A stretch of DNA of 64,000 bases from an uncultured Sandaracinaceae bacterium. GTDB lineage: Bacteria > Myxococcota_A > Polyangia > Polyangiales > Houyiibacteriaceae. Under the pieces are notes generated by a model. The model made no database searches. It saw only the letters and a list, made by a program, of their open reading frames with translations, and was not told the origin of the DNA. Below are positions 1 to 7,836 of the stretch, in pieces (within the stretch, counting starts at the first letter, position 1; the number at the start of each line of letters is the position of its first letter). The translations under genes and the position numbers were made by a program. The stretch is taken from contig CAZBWQ010000003.1 in NCBI GenBank assembly GCA_964495565.1, forward strand, positions 7,670 through 71,669, written 5' to 3'.

Positions 1-473
1 AAATCGCGCTCCGTCGCCTTGCCCGCATCCAACATCGCTTGCGCTTGGAGGGCGGCGGCGCTGATCGAATCGAGACCGAGCGGCTGCACGTAATAGGGGT
101 CGTTCTGGATGTTCATCACGTCGGGGACCGGACCGAGCGAGCAACGACCGAACGCAAAGACGAGCGCCGTATCGATGTCGCCGTGCAAAAGACGGACCCA
201 CGCTTCGTAGAGCGCGAAGGCTCCGTCCATCTCCACGTGCGACTCACGGATCGGAGGCCAGGCCTTGAGCCCATCGACCGCCGCCACGAACGAAAAGGCG
301 CGTCCAAGCAGATAGTCGGTGCTGCCGGACACCGTGAACCCGATGTCGTCCTGCGTGAGCCCGACTTGGCTCATCGCCTGGGACGTGACCGGTTGCACGA
401 GCTCGGGCTCATCGGCGTGAATGACCGGGGCCGACGGCAACTGCGCGAAAGAGACGATGGCGATGTCCCGCAT
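1..473 (-). CDS. thiolase-fold (SCP-x/Ltp-type) protein, N-terminal part only; the gene runs off the left edge
   Basis: My own translation of the minus strand from ATG 473..471 gives MRDIAIVSFAQLPSAPVIHADEPELVQPVTSQAMSQVGLTQDDIGFTVSGSTDYLLGRAFSFVAAVDGLKAWPPIRESHVEMDGAFALYEAWVRLLHGDIDTALVFAFGR..., a thiolase-like N-domain layout. It has an ATGA stop/start overlap with the DUF35 gene. It is absent from the ORF track because it has no stop inside the window. Confidence 0.75.
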   Translation of the reverse strand, partial: MRDIAIVSFAQLPSAPVIHADEPELVQPVTSQAMSQVGLTQDDIGFTVSGSTDYLLGRAFSFVAAVDGLKAWPPIRESHVEMDGAFALYEAWVRLLHGDIDTALVFAFGRCSLGPVPDVMNIQNDPYYVQPLGLDSISAAALQAQAMLDAGKATERD

Positions 474-1381
474 CAGAGGTGCTCCTTGTACTTTTCGAAC
501 GGAACGTCCGGCTCGCCGGTGGGCTCGAAATACAGGATGTTCTCGAGCGACGGTTGCCACTGATCCTGCGGCTTCCACTTGGCTTGAACTCGCATGCCCA
601 TCCGTACCTCGTCGTACGGAATGCCGCTGATCAGGTGGTAGATCGGCATGTCGGCGCCGTCGAGCACGATCGCGCCAAAGCAATACGGAGGCTTGAGCTT
701 CTGACCCTCGAACGGGATTCGAATGATCGTGAACGTCGTGAGCACCCCGCGATCGGTGACCTCGACGTACTCGCTGGTCGGTTTGCCGGTCACCGGATCG
801 GCTGCCCGCGGTGGGACGTACACCTTGCCGGACTCCGGGTCCCGTCCGCCGATGATCTTGCCCTCTTGAAGGCCCTGGAGATACGCCGAGTAGTGCTGTC
901 CCGGGTTCACCTCGAACTGCAGGTGCACCGGTCCGGGCATGAATGCCGAGACGGGCTCGAAACAAGCGATGTCGCGAATCGTCCCGGTTTTGTGCTCTGC
1001 CCAGCGGAGCCGAACGCGCATGCCGGTCTTCATTTGCTTGGCATCGCCGGCGTCGACGGCATGCACCATGGCATTGTCGGCTCCGTCGATTTGGATCAGG
1101 GCCCACGCGAAAGGGCGGTCGAGAGGATGGGCGGTGCGAGGCGCCGTCACCCAGGACCACGATTTCACGGTGCCCGTCGGGCGCAGCTCGACGAATTCGC
1201 CGGTGGTCGCTTCCCCGTCCTCGTCGTACTCGAGCGGCGGGCAAAGGACGCGGCCGTCTGCCGTCTTCACGCCTTCGAGCACCTCGTACCGGAGGCTCTC
1301 CAAAAACCGGCCGACGATGGGGCCAGTGCTTCGAGTGTACGTGTATTCGAGCACGTACGGAGCCGAAAGAATCTCACTCAT
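473..1381 (-). CDS. tandem DUF35 (OB-fold, acyl-CoA-associated) protein
   Basis: 302-aa ORF with two repeated OB-fold halves (...FAWALIQIDGADNAMVHAVD...MKTGMRVRLRW... and ...CFGAIVLDGADMPIYHLISG...VRMGMRVQAKW...). It lies directly upstream of a thiolase-fold gene, the usual DUF35/thiolase pairing. Confidence 0.85.
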   Translation of the reverse strand: MSEILSAPYVLEYTYTRSTGPIVGRFLESLRYEVLEGVKTADGRVLCPPLEYDEDGEATTGEFVELRPTGTVKSWSWVTAPRTAHPLDRPFAWALIQIDGADNAMVHAVDAGDAKQMKTGMRVRLRWAEHKTGTIRDIACFEPVSAFMPGPVHLQFEVNPGQHYSAYLQGLQEGKIIGGRDPESGKVYVPPRAADPVTGKPTSEYVEVTDRGVLTTFTIIRIPFEGQKLKPPYCFGAIVLDGADMPIYHLISGIPYDEVRMGMRVQAKWKPQDQWQPSLENILYFEPTGEPDVPFEKYKEHL

Positions 1382-1402
1382 GGGTTCTCTCGCGATGCGT
1401 GG

Positions 1403-1738
1403 TCAGCCTTGAGGGAAGAACTTCTGCATCTTCTGGGCAAGCGCGATGTTGCCCTTGACCTTGAGCTTGCGGGTCAGAAAGGCCTTCCGGCCGTCGAGAT
1501 CGCCATTGGCCATCTCGATGAACTTCCCGGCGTCCATCATGATGTTGAGCGAGGGCTTTTCCACGGTGCCCTTCTCGACGCCTTTGAACTCGCCGTCTTC
1601 GATCGTGACGACCCACTCGCCGCCACCCTCGCCGCTCAGCGTATACTGGAGCTGGGCGCTCACGCCTTTGGCTTGGTCCGGCACGAATCGTTCCGCGAGC
1701 GTGTCGAAGTATTCTTGCGTGTTGGCTACCTTGGCCAT
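1403..1738 (-). CDS. SCP2 (sterol carrier protein 2) domain protein
   Basis: 111 aa; ...LQYTLSGEGGGEWVVTIEDGEFKGVEKG...MDAGKFIEMANGDLDGRKAFLTRKLKVKGNIALAQKMQKFF is the typical SCP2 C-terminal pattern. A GGAGG sequence sits upstream of ATG 1738. Confidence 0.85.
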   Translation of the reverse strand: MAKVANTQEYFDTLAERFVPDQAKGVSAQLQYTLSGEGGGEWVVTIEDGEFKGVEKGTVEKPSLNIMMDAGKFIEMANGDLDGRKAFLTRKLKVKGNIALAQKMQKFFPQG

Positions 1739-1775
1739 GTATTCACCTCCCCGTGTCTTTCCGGGTGTTCAGAAG

Positions 1776-1789
1776 TGAAACATGTTCTA
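1776..1789. promoter_or_regulatory. KstR-type operator-like palindrome TGAAACATGTTCTA (site A)
   Basis: Fits TnnAACnnGTTnnA. It lies 38 nt upstream of the SCP2 start in an AT-richer patch (cagAAGTGAAACATGTTCTAtttt). The AAGTGAAAC..GTT core is shared with sites B and C. Confidence 0.6.
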
Positions 1790-1842
1790 TTTTGCCCGAG
1801 CCCGCCCGTCAAGTCGGCTCGGACCGATCACGCTAGCCCGGG

Positions 1843-2247
1843 TCACCCCGAGGGCGTGAACGATCCCAACACCCGCAGCCCCGCCATGCACCCGTTGCCG
1901 GCGCGTCGCACCCAAACGACCAGGGCGCGTTTGTAGATTTGGCGACCGCTGTGAGTCGTGATTCGCAGATGACAGAGATCCCCGGTGTGAACCCAGCCAT
2001 CGAAGGAGAGCTGAATACCCCGTGCGCTCACGTCGATGGCCGACGCGGTTGCTTCGATGGGGCTGAGGATCTGGACCTCGACGTCCGAGGACCAACGCCG
2101 GTTGCGGCGGCGCTCGTCCGAAGACGCAGCCGGCCGAACCTGCGAGTGCTTGCGCACGGGAGGAGGTCGGGTCGAGCCTCGTTTCGGTTTGAAGGCCATC
2201 GCTAGCCTGCGCCGCGCGGTCGGCGTGCTCGCAGCGTAGGTTTTCAT
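1843..2247 (-). CDS. PilZ domain protein (c-di-GMP receptor type)
   Basis: RRRNRR ... DVSARG matches the RxxxR / DxSxxG PilZ signature. The N-terminal Arg/Lys-rich leader makes the start uncertain; an alternative Met lies 16 codons downstream. Confidence 0.65.
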   Translation of the reverse strand: MKTYAASTPTARRRLAMAFKPKRGSTRPPPVRKHSQVRPAASSDERRRNRRWSSDVEVQILSPIEATASAIDVSARGIQLSFDGWVHTGDLCHLRITTHSGRQIYKRALVVWVRRAGNGCMAGLRVLGSFTPSG

Positions 2248-2248
2248 G

Positions 2249-2291
2249 ATGCCCGTGTCGGGAGCGATTGTCGACTAAGTCGCACGGGCAT
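2249..2291. repeat. perfect 9-bp inverted repeat ATGCCCGTG ... CACGGGCAT with a 25-nt spacer; function unknown
   Basis: Read directly from the sequence. It lies between the thiolase stop (2364) and the PilZ start (2247), touching the PilZ start codon. Confidence 0.3.
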
Positions 2292-2363
2292 GTGCGGCAC
2301 GTCACACGTCACGAAACGTGGACGGGCAAACGGCGGTTCAGGGTCCCCGAAATGGGACTCGGC

Positions 2364-3518
2364 TCAGCTCAGCCGCTCGATGATGGTGACGTTCGCTTGA
2401 CCGCCACCTTCGCACATCGTCTGCAAACCGTACTTGCCACCGGTTCGCTCGAGCTCGTGCAAGAGCGTGGTCATGAGCTTGGCACCCGTCGCACCGAGGG
2501 GGTGACCTAGCGCGATCGCACCGCCGTTGACGTTGACCTTTTCGAGATCTGCATCGAGCTCCTTGGCCCATGCGAGAACCACGGGCGCGAAAGCCTCGTT
2601 GATCTCGACGAGGTCGATGTCGTTCAAGCTCATGCCCGCCTTCTTCAGCGCGTAGCGCGTAGCCGGAATCGGCGCCGACAACATGCGGATCGGGTCCTCA
2701 CCGCGAACGCTCATGTGATGGATTCGGGCTCGGGGCTTCAACCCGTGCTCTTTGAGAGCCTTCTCCGACACGACGAGCATGGCCGCAGAGCCGTCCGAGA
2801 TCTGACTCGCGACCGCGGCAGTGAGGCGGCCGCCATCCATCAGAACGGGGAGCGCGGCCATCTTTTCGAGGGTGGTGTCGGCACGCGGACCCTCGTCGGC
2901 CTTCACGTCGCCGAAGGGAACGATCTCACGATCGAAACGCCCCTCCTTCTGCGCACGCAGAGCCCGCTGATGGCTTTCCAGCGCGAACTTCTCGAGCTCC
3001 TCGCGCGAGAGGTCCCACTGCTTGGCGATCAGCTCGGCCCCGTAGAACTGGTTGACGGGTTTGTCGCCGTAGCGTTCCGTCCAGCCCACCGACCCCGAGA
3101 ACGGATCGGGAATGCCGAATGCTTGGCCGGCCAGCATCGAAGCGCCGATCGGAATCATGCTCATGTTCTGCACGCCGCCTGCCACGACCACGTCTTGGGT
3201 GCCGCTCATGACGGCCTGGGCAGCAAAATGGACCGCTTGTTGAGAAGAACCGCACTGACGGTCGATCGTCACGCCGGGCACGTGCTCCGGATAGCCGGCG
3301 GCCAACCAGCACGTCCGGGCGATGTCACCGGCCTGCGTGGCGACGGAGTCGACACAACCAAAGATGACGTCGTCCACGACGGCCGGGTCGATGCCAGCGC
3401 GCTCGATCAAGCCCTTGATGGCATGCGCGCCGAGATCGGCAGAATGAACTTTGCTCAGACCGCCCTTCTTCCTTCCGACGGGCGAACGAGCTGCTTCGAC
3501 GATGTACGCTTCCGGCAT
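2364..3518 (-). CDS. acetyl-CoA C-acyltransferase (thiolase), FadA-type
   Basis: 384 aa; MPEAYIVEAARSPVGRKKGGL..., ...DRQCGSSQQA... (nucleophilic Cys) and C-terminal ...NVNGGAIALGHPLGATGAKL...MCEGGGQANV. Confidence 0.92.
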   Translation of the reverse strand: MPEAYIVEAARSPVGRKKGGLSKVHSADLGAHAIKGLIERAGIDPAVVDDVIFGCVDSVATQAGDIARTCWLAAGYPEHVPGVTIDRQCGSSQQAVHFAAQAVMSGTQDVVVAGGVQNMSMIPIGASMLAGQAFGIPDPFSGSVGWTERYGDKPVNQFYGAELIAKQWDLSREELEKFALESHQRALRAQKEGRFDREIVPFGDVKADEGPRADTTLEKMAALPVLMDGGRLTAAVASQISDGSAAMLVVSEKALKEHGLKPRARIHHMSVRGEDPIRMLSAPIPATRYALKKAGMSLNDIDLVEINEAFAPVVLAWAKELDADLEKVNVNGGAIALGHPLGATGAKLMTTLLHELERTGGKYGLQTMCEGGGQANVTIIERLS

Positions 3519-3587
3519 GTGAACCTCTCTGTGCTTGCTGTTTTGTAAGGGTTGTCGTCGTCCGCCGCAAGGACTCGCCTTGCGTGA

Positions 3588-4601
3588 TCAAAGAACGTGT
3601 TGGTCGATGCGCCCCCGATGGTGAGGCTCGTCGCCATGGGCTGCGGCGAGCGCCCAGGCACGTTTCATCCACATATGCAGGTCGTATTCGATGGTGTAGC
3701 CGATGGCGCCATGGACCTGCAGAGCCTGCTTGGCCACGAATTGTGCAGCCTGCCCTGCATAGATCTTGGCCAGAGACACGGCGATAGACGCGTCGGCGCT
3801 CGAGCTCGCGAGGCTCCAGGCGGCCCGATACACGAGAGGCCGAGCGAATTCCTGCTGGATGAGCGCATCGGCGAGGCGGTGCTTGACCGCCTGCTGCGCG
3901 CCGATGGGCTTTCCGAACTGCTCGCGGTCCTTCGCGTACTGCACCGCCATGTCGAGCATCCTACGGCAGAGCCCGACGAGGAGCGCCGAGGCACCGAGCG
4001 CTGCGCGGTCGTGGCTCATCGACAGCAACGCGTCGACGTCGACGTCGCGTCGCATGCGGTAGCGTTCTTCGTGCCGAAAGGAAACACGGCCCAGATTCCG
4101 GGCGCGGTCCACCGACTGTTCCGCGACGACCTCGGCCTCGGCGAGCGGTACGCAAAAGAGCTCGCCATCGCGTTCGGCGATCAAGACGTCCGCCGAGCCG
4201 ACGTGCGGGGCGATCGGCGGCGCTCCGAGCGACACCGTCATCTGCGCGGTTCCCGCCAGGGCCCGGCCGAGCCAACGTTCCCGTTGTTCGTCGGTACCGG
4301 CGAGCTCGAGCAAAGGGATCCCCACGGCAAGCGTTTCCACGATGGGAACGGGACAAGCCGCGTAACCGACCTCCTCCACGGGGAGCACCCAGTCGAGCTC
4401 CGTCATGGCCATGCCGCCTGCCTCTTCGCTCGCGGTCATGCCGACCAATCCGGTTTGTGCCAGCGTTTCCCAGACGGCGTGGGCTCCGTCGAGCCGCCCC
4501 TCCCACGCCGCGCGGACGACATCGGGCGGACACTCCCGCTGCAACACGTCTCGAACGGTGTCGCGAAGCATCTTTTGGTCGTCCGTGAACGTGAAACGCA
4601 T
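3588..4601 (-). CDS. acyl-CoA dehydrogenase family protein, short subunit of a probable two-gene ACAD
   Basis: 337 aa with an ACAD C-terminal pattern (...REQFGKPIGAQQAVKHRLAD...IYAGQAA...QVHGAIGYTIEYDLHMW...). It lies 4 nt downstream of a longer ACAD gene. Confidence 0.85.
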   Translation of the reverse strand: MRFTFTDDQKMLRDTVRDVLQRECPPDVVRAAWEGRLDGAHAVWETLAQTGLVGMTASEEAGGMAMTELDWVLPVEEVGYAACPVPIVETLAVGIPLLELAGTDEQRERWLGRALAGTAQMTVSLGAPPIAPHVGSADVLIAERDGELFCVPLAEAEVVAEQSVDRARNLGRVSFRHEERYRMRRDVDVDALLSMSHDRAALGASALLVGLCRRMLDMAVQYAKDREQFGKPIGAQQAVKHRLADALIQQEFARPLVYRAAWSLASSSADASIAVSLAKIYAGQAAQFVAKQALQVHGAIGYTIEYDLHMWMKRAWALAAAHGDEPHHRGRIDQHVL

Positions 4602-4604
4602 GAC

Positions 4605-5765
4605 CTATTTCCGCGGCAATCCGAGAACACGCTCGGCGATGATGTTTCGCTGGATCTCGTTGGTACCTGCGTAGATCGGCCCCGCTAGCGCGAACTGAAA
4701 ACCCTTCATCCACTGCCCGTCATCGATCGCGCTCGGTGCGCCCTCGTCGAGCTCTTGCAACGCACCGAGAATGGCCAGCGCGGTTTCGTGCGTCCGCACG
4801 TCCATCTCGGACCAAAAGACCTTGTTCATGCTGGAGTCGGCGCCGATCGGATGACCTTCCATCATGCGACTGACGGTCTGGAAGGTGAACCACCGATACG
4901 CCTGGGCGTCCATCCAAGCCCGCACGACCTGATCGCGCAGCGCGGGATCGGCCTGCGCTCGGCGACTTCGATACAAGTCGATCAAGCGCGCGGCCGTCGC
5001 CATGAAACGCCCCGGGCTTCGCAGGCTCAGGCCACGTTCGGAGCTCGTGGTGGCCATGGCGACTTTCCAACCCTGGTGCACTTCGCCGATGACGTCTCGA
5101 TCGGGAACGAACACCTCTTCCAAGAAGATCTCGGCAAAGCCTTCGTCTCCATCGAGACGATCCACGCCGCGCACGGTCACACCCTGCGCGCGAAGCGGGA
5201 ACATGAAATACGTCAGCCCGCGGTGCCGCGTCTGCTCGGGATCGGTGCGGAACAAGCCGTACGCCATGTCGCAGAATGCAGCACGGGTGGACCAGGTCTT
5301 CTGGCCACTCAGCAACCAACCCCCTTCGGTGCGACGCGCCGTGCTCTTGAGCGCGGCGAGATCACTACCGGCATTGGGCTCGGACCACGCCTGCGCCCAG
5401 GTGACGTCTCCGCGCGCCATGGGACGCAAGATTCGCTCTTTCTGATCCTCGGTGCCGAACTCGAAGAGCGTGGGCGCCAGCAAGAAGATGCCGTTTTGGG
5501 TGACCCGGTTGGGCGCGCCAGCGCGGTAGTACTCTTCTTCGAAGATCAACCATTCGACGAGCGAAGCCTCCCGACCTCCGTATGGCTTGGGCCAGGACAC
5601 GGCCGCCCACCCCGCATCGAAGAGATCCCGCTCCCACTCGAGGTGCTGCGCAAACCCCTCCCGGGTATCGCCAGACGAAAAGGGCTCGCGAGGCACGTGG
5701 GCTTCGAGCCACGATCGGCACTCCTGCCGAAATGCCTTCTCCGATTCGGTGAAGTCGAGATCCAT
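4605..5765 (-). CDS. acyl-CoA dehydrogenase
   Basis: Start trimmed to MDLDFTESEKAFRQECRSWL (ATG 5765). ...WAQAWSEPNAGSDLAALKSTA... and ...YAGTNEIQRNIIAERVLGLPR are ACAD hallmarks. The upstream in-frame extension in the ORF track is Arg/Gly-rich noise overlapping the neighbouring gene. Confidence 0.9.
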   Translation of the reverse strand: MDLDFTESEKAFRQECRSWLEAHVPREPFSSGDTREGFAQHLEWERDLFDAGWAAVSWPKPYGGREASLVEWLIFEEEYYRAGAPNRVTQNGIFLLAPTLFEFGTEDQKERILRPMARGDVTWAQAWSEPNAGSDLAALKSTARRTEGGWLLSGQKTWSTRAAFCDMAYGLFRTDPEQTRHRGLTYFMFPLRAQGVTVRGVDRLDGDEGFAEIFLEEVFVPDRDVIGEVHQGWKVAMATTSSERGLSLRSPGRFMATAARLIDLYRSRRAQADPALRDQVVRAWMDAQAYRWFTFQTVSRMMEGHPIGADSSMNKVFWSEMDVRTHETALAILGALQELDEGAPSAIDDGQWMKGFQFALAGPIYAGTNEIQRNIIAERVLGLPRK

Positions 5766-5773
5766 GCGCCCTC

Positions 5774-7075
5774 TCACGCACACAAGCGCCCGAGGGTGTC
5801 TCGAGCTTCCGTCATGATCCGCTCGAGGAGCTCCAACACCGTCGGGATCTCGTCGATCACACCCGTCACCTGACCGGTGGGCAGGATGCCCGCCTCGATT
5901 TTGCCATCGACCATCGATGCCTTCGTCAACATCGGCGCGTTGGCCGCCATCGCGAGCTGGGACCAAGTGAGCTCTTGGTTCTTCTTCATGGCCAGCCCCT
6001 CCTCGAGAAGCTCTGGAAGGGAAGTGCCGGTGACCCGCATCAGCGACAGGGCATTGAGCGCCGCCCGTGGAAATCGGGTCAGGAGGCTCGCTTTCTCGAG
6101 CTGCTCGATGAGCGGTGTGCGGATGACGCGCTGAGGATATCCATCGACCGCCTTGGTGACGACCGTCCCGTTGGCCTTGGTTTCGAGATAGATCTGCTTC
6201 ACCTGGTCGGGGACCTGGCTTTCCTTCGTGAGCAGGAAACGCGTTCCCATGGCGATTCCCTCGGCGCCGAGCGCGAGCGCAGCCACCAGCCCGCGGCCGT
6301 CGCGGAAACCACCGGCAGCCACGACGGGAATGTCGACGGCGGACGCGACGTCCGGGATCAGAATGGAGGTCGGTATCTGCCCGGTGTGTCCGCCACCCTC
6401 CTGCCCCTGCGCGATCACCGCGTCGACACCCCAACCCTGGACCTTCTCGGCGTGCCGGCGCGCTCCGATGGTAGGCATGGTCAGGACACCCGCATCTTTG
6501 AGAGTCTTGACCACGCGCTCGCCCGGCGCCTGGGCAAAGCTCGCAACCCGGACTTTCTGCTCAATCAAGAGGTCGACCCGCTTCATGATGTCGCTCTGAT
6601 CGGCGCGCATGTTGACCCCGAAAGGCTTGTCGGTTCGATCCTTGACCTTCGCGATGGCCTCGCGCAGCTCCCGAAAAGTCATCGTCGCAGCGGCCAAGAT
6701 GCCGAGGCCGCCCGCCTCGCTCGTCGCGGAAGTCAAGCTCGCCCCCGACACCCAGCCCATTCCGGTCTGCACGATCGGATACTCGATCCCGAAGAGCTCA
6801 CAAATGCGCGTGCGCAGCGCGTGCGAGGGCTTGGTCTCGGCGCCCCCGGTTGCTTTTGTGGTTGCCTCCACGCGCGATACGACCGACCGCTTGGACGGCT
6901 TCTTCTTGCGTGCTTTGGGCTTGGCCTCGGCCTCGGGCGCTTTCTTCGGCGCGCGCGTCCGACGCTCCGCCTTCTTCGACGGCGATTTCTTGGTGGCCTT
7001 CTTCTTCGTGGCCTTCTTCGTGGGCGCGGCTTTTCTTTTGGATGCGGCCTTCTTGGTTCGCTTCTCGGCGCTCAT
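5774..7075 (-). CDS. nitronate monooxygenase / enoyl-reductase family flavoprotein (IpdC-like by position) with a Lys/Ala-rich N-terminal tail of about 86 aa
   Basis: The NMO core runs from ...LRTRICELFGIEYPIVQTGMGWVSG... to ...AQGQEGGGHTG...VVAAGGFRDGRG.... There is an ATGA overlap with the upstream CoA-transferase B stop. An alternative GTG start at VEATTK would remove the tail. Confidence 0.85.
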   Translation of the reverse strand: MSAEKRTKKAASKRKAAPTKKATKKKATKKSPSKKAERRTRAPKKAPEAEAKPKARKKKPSKRSVVSRVEATTKATGGAETKPSHALRTRICELFGIEYPIVQTGMGWVSGASLTSATSEAGGLGILAAATMTFRELREAIAKVKDRTDKPFGVNMRADQSDIMKRVDLLIEQKVRVASFAQAPGERVVKTLKDAGVLTMPTIGARRHAEKVQGWGVDAVIAQGQEGGGHTGQIPTSILIPDVASAVDIPVVAAGGFRDGRGLVAALALGAEGIAMGTRFLLTKESQVPDQVKQIYLETKANGTVVTKAVDGYPQRVIRTPLIEQLEKASLLTRFPRAALNALSLMRVTGTSLPELLEEGLAMKKNQELTWSQLAMAANAPMLTKASMVDGKIEAGILPTGQVTGVIDEIPTVLELLERIMTEARDTLGRLCA

Positions 7076-7836
7076 GCTGCGACTTCCTTTTGCGCGTAGC
7101 CCTTGGGGTCGAGCTCACGGAGGAGCTTCAAGGCATCTGGGGTCGGCGTGGGCGTCGTGTCCAGCTTTTCGGGAATGACCAGCTCGAATCCCGTATTGTC
7201 GACGACGTCCTGCAGACCGACACCCGGATGCAGGGAAACGAGCCGCATCCGACGGTCGGGAGTGTCGAAGTCGAACACCCCGAGATTGGTGATCACCCGC
7301 CGAATCTCGTGAAAGCGGCTGACGTCCGGACCGAGCTCGCGGGCGCGGTCGTATCCCACCCCGCTCACCATGTCGACCTCGGCCACGAAGGTCTTCGGGG
7401 TGTGATTGGGCACCCAATAGCTGGTGACGTGATTGATCGTGTTGCCGGGGGCGCCGCGCACACCGAGCAGCTGGGCTTTGGGCCGCGTCCAATCGCCGAT
7501 GCACGCGATGTTCTGGTTTCCGTATCGATCGATTTGGGAGGCACCCATCATGACGTGTCTGCGGCCCCACCAAAGGGTCTCGAAGACGGTCCCGAACGGC
7601 ATCCACCCTTCGATGTCGCTCTCGGCGGGCTTGGCGCCGAGCGGCAACGCCCGTCGCAGGAGCAGGTTGAAGCCATCGGTCATCAAGATCTCGGGCGCGA
7701 AGCTGGCCTTGGCCAGACGGGCCCCCAAGCTGGGCGTCGTGCCCATGGCGCTCACCAGGATTTCGCCGTCGCCCCGAAAGCATTCGGCGATGGCGAGCGC
7801 ACATATGTCGGCCCGGGTCGCTTCGACCGCGGTCAT
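7072..7836 (-). CDS. CoA-transferase family I, subunit B (IpdB-like by position)
   Basis: Start trimmed to MTAVEATRADICALAIAECF (ATG 7836, ATGA overlap with the subunit A stop). ...GASQIDRYGNQNI...LLGVRGAPGNT... is the glutaconate/3-oxoacid CoA-transferase B pattern. Confidence 0.9.
   Translation of the reverse strand: MTAVEATRADICALAIAECFRGDGEILVSAMGTTPSLGARLAKASFAPEILMTDGFNLLLRRALPLGAKPAESDIEGWMPFGTVFETLWWGRRHVMMGASQIDRYGNQNIACIGDWTRPKAQLLGVRGAPGNTINHVTSYWVPNHTPKTFVAEVDMVSGVGYDRARELGPDVSRFHEIRRVITNLGVFDFDTPDRRMRLVSLHPGVGLQDVVDNTGFELVIPEKLDTTPTPTPDALKLLRELDPKGYAQKEVAA

Noticed and set aside
479-1936. A long 485-aa ORF on the plus strand. Similar long alternate-strand or alternate-frame ORFs include 10032..11792 (-), 21830..23473 (-), 37537..39888 (+), 38438..40492 (-), 53268..54824 (-) and 55038..56483 (-).
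   Set aside because: They lie antisense to, or out of frame with, genes that carry unmistakable conserved motifs. Their translations are Arg/Gly/Pro/Ala/His-rich with no motifs. This is the expected stop-codon-poor artefact of GC-rich DNA.
3043-3056. TAGAACTGGTTGAC, a 13/14 match to the KstR pattern, inside the thiolase gene.
   Set aside because: It lies in coding sequence, its last base mismatches, its arms are not palindromic beyond the AAC/GTT core, and it lacks the GTGAAAC half-site shared by sites A-C.
3591-3604. AAGAACGTGTTGGT (an AACnnGTT core) at the 3' end of the short ACAD gene, upstream of the thiolase.
   Set aside because: Both outer T/A positions mismatch and the flanks are not palindromic. 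It could be a weak internal site, but the evidence is insufficient.
5766-6434. In-frame N-terminal extensions of true genes in the ORF track, for example the ACAD extended to 6434, CoA-transferase B to 8604, menD to 48464, menE to 44041, ubiE to 51026 and cofH/cofG to 33833/34780.
   Set aside because: The extensions overlap the upstream gene, are Arg-rich low-complexity sequence, and are removed by choosing the start that matches the conserved family N-terminus and the stop/start overlap pattern.
6818-7075. The Lys-rich segment as a separate small histone-like gene, or as non-coding DNA.
   Set aside because: There is no stop codon between it and the NMO domain, it is in the same frame, it keeps G/C-rich third positions, and its ATG is coupled to the upstream stop. 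I therefore treat it as an N-terminal tail, with the start-site caveat noted.
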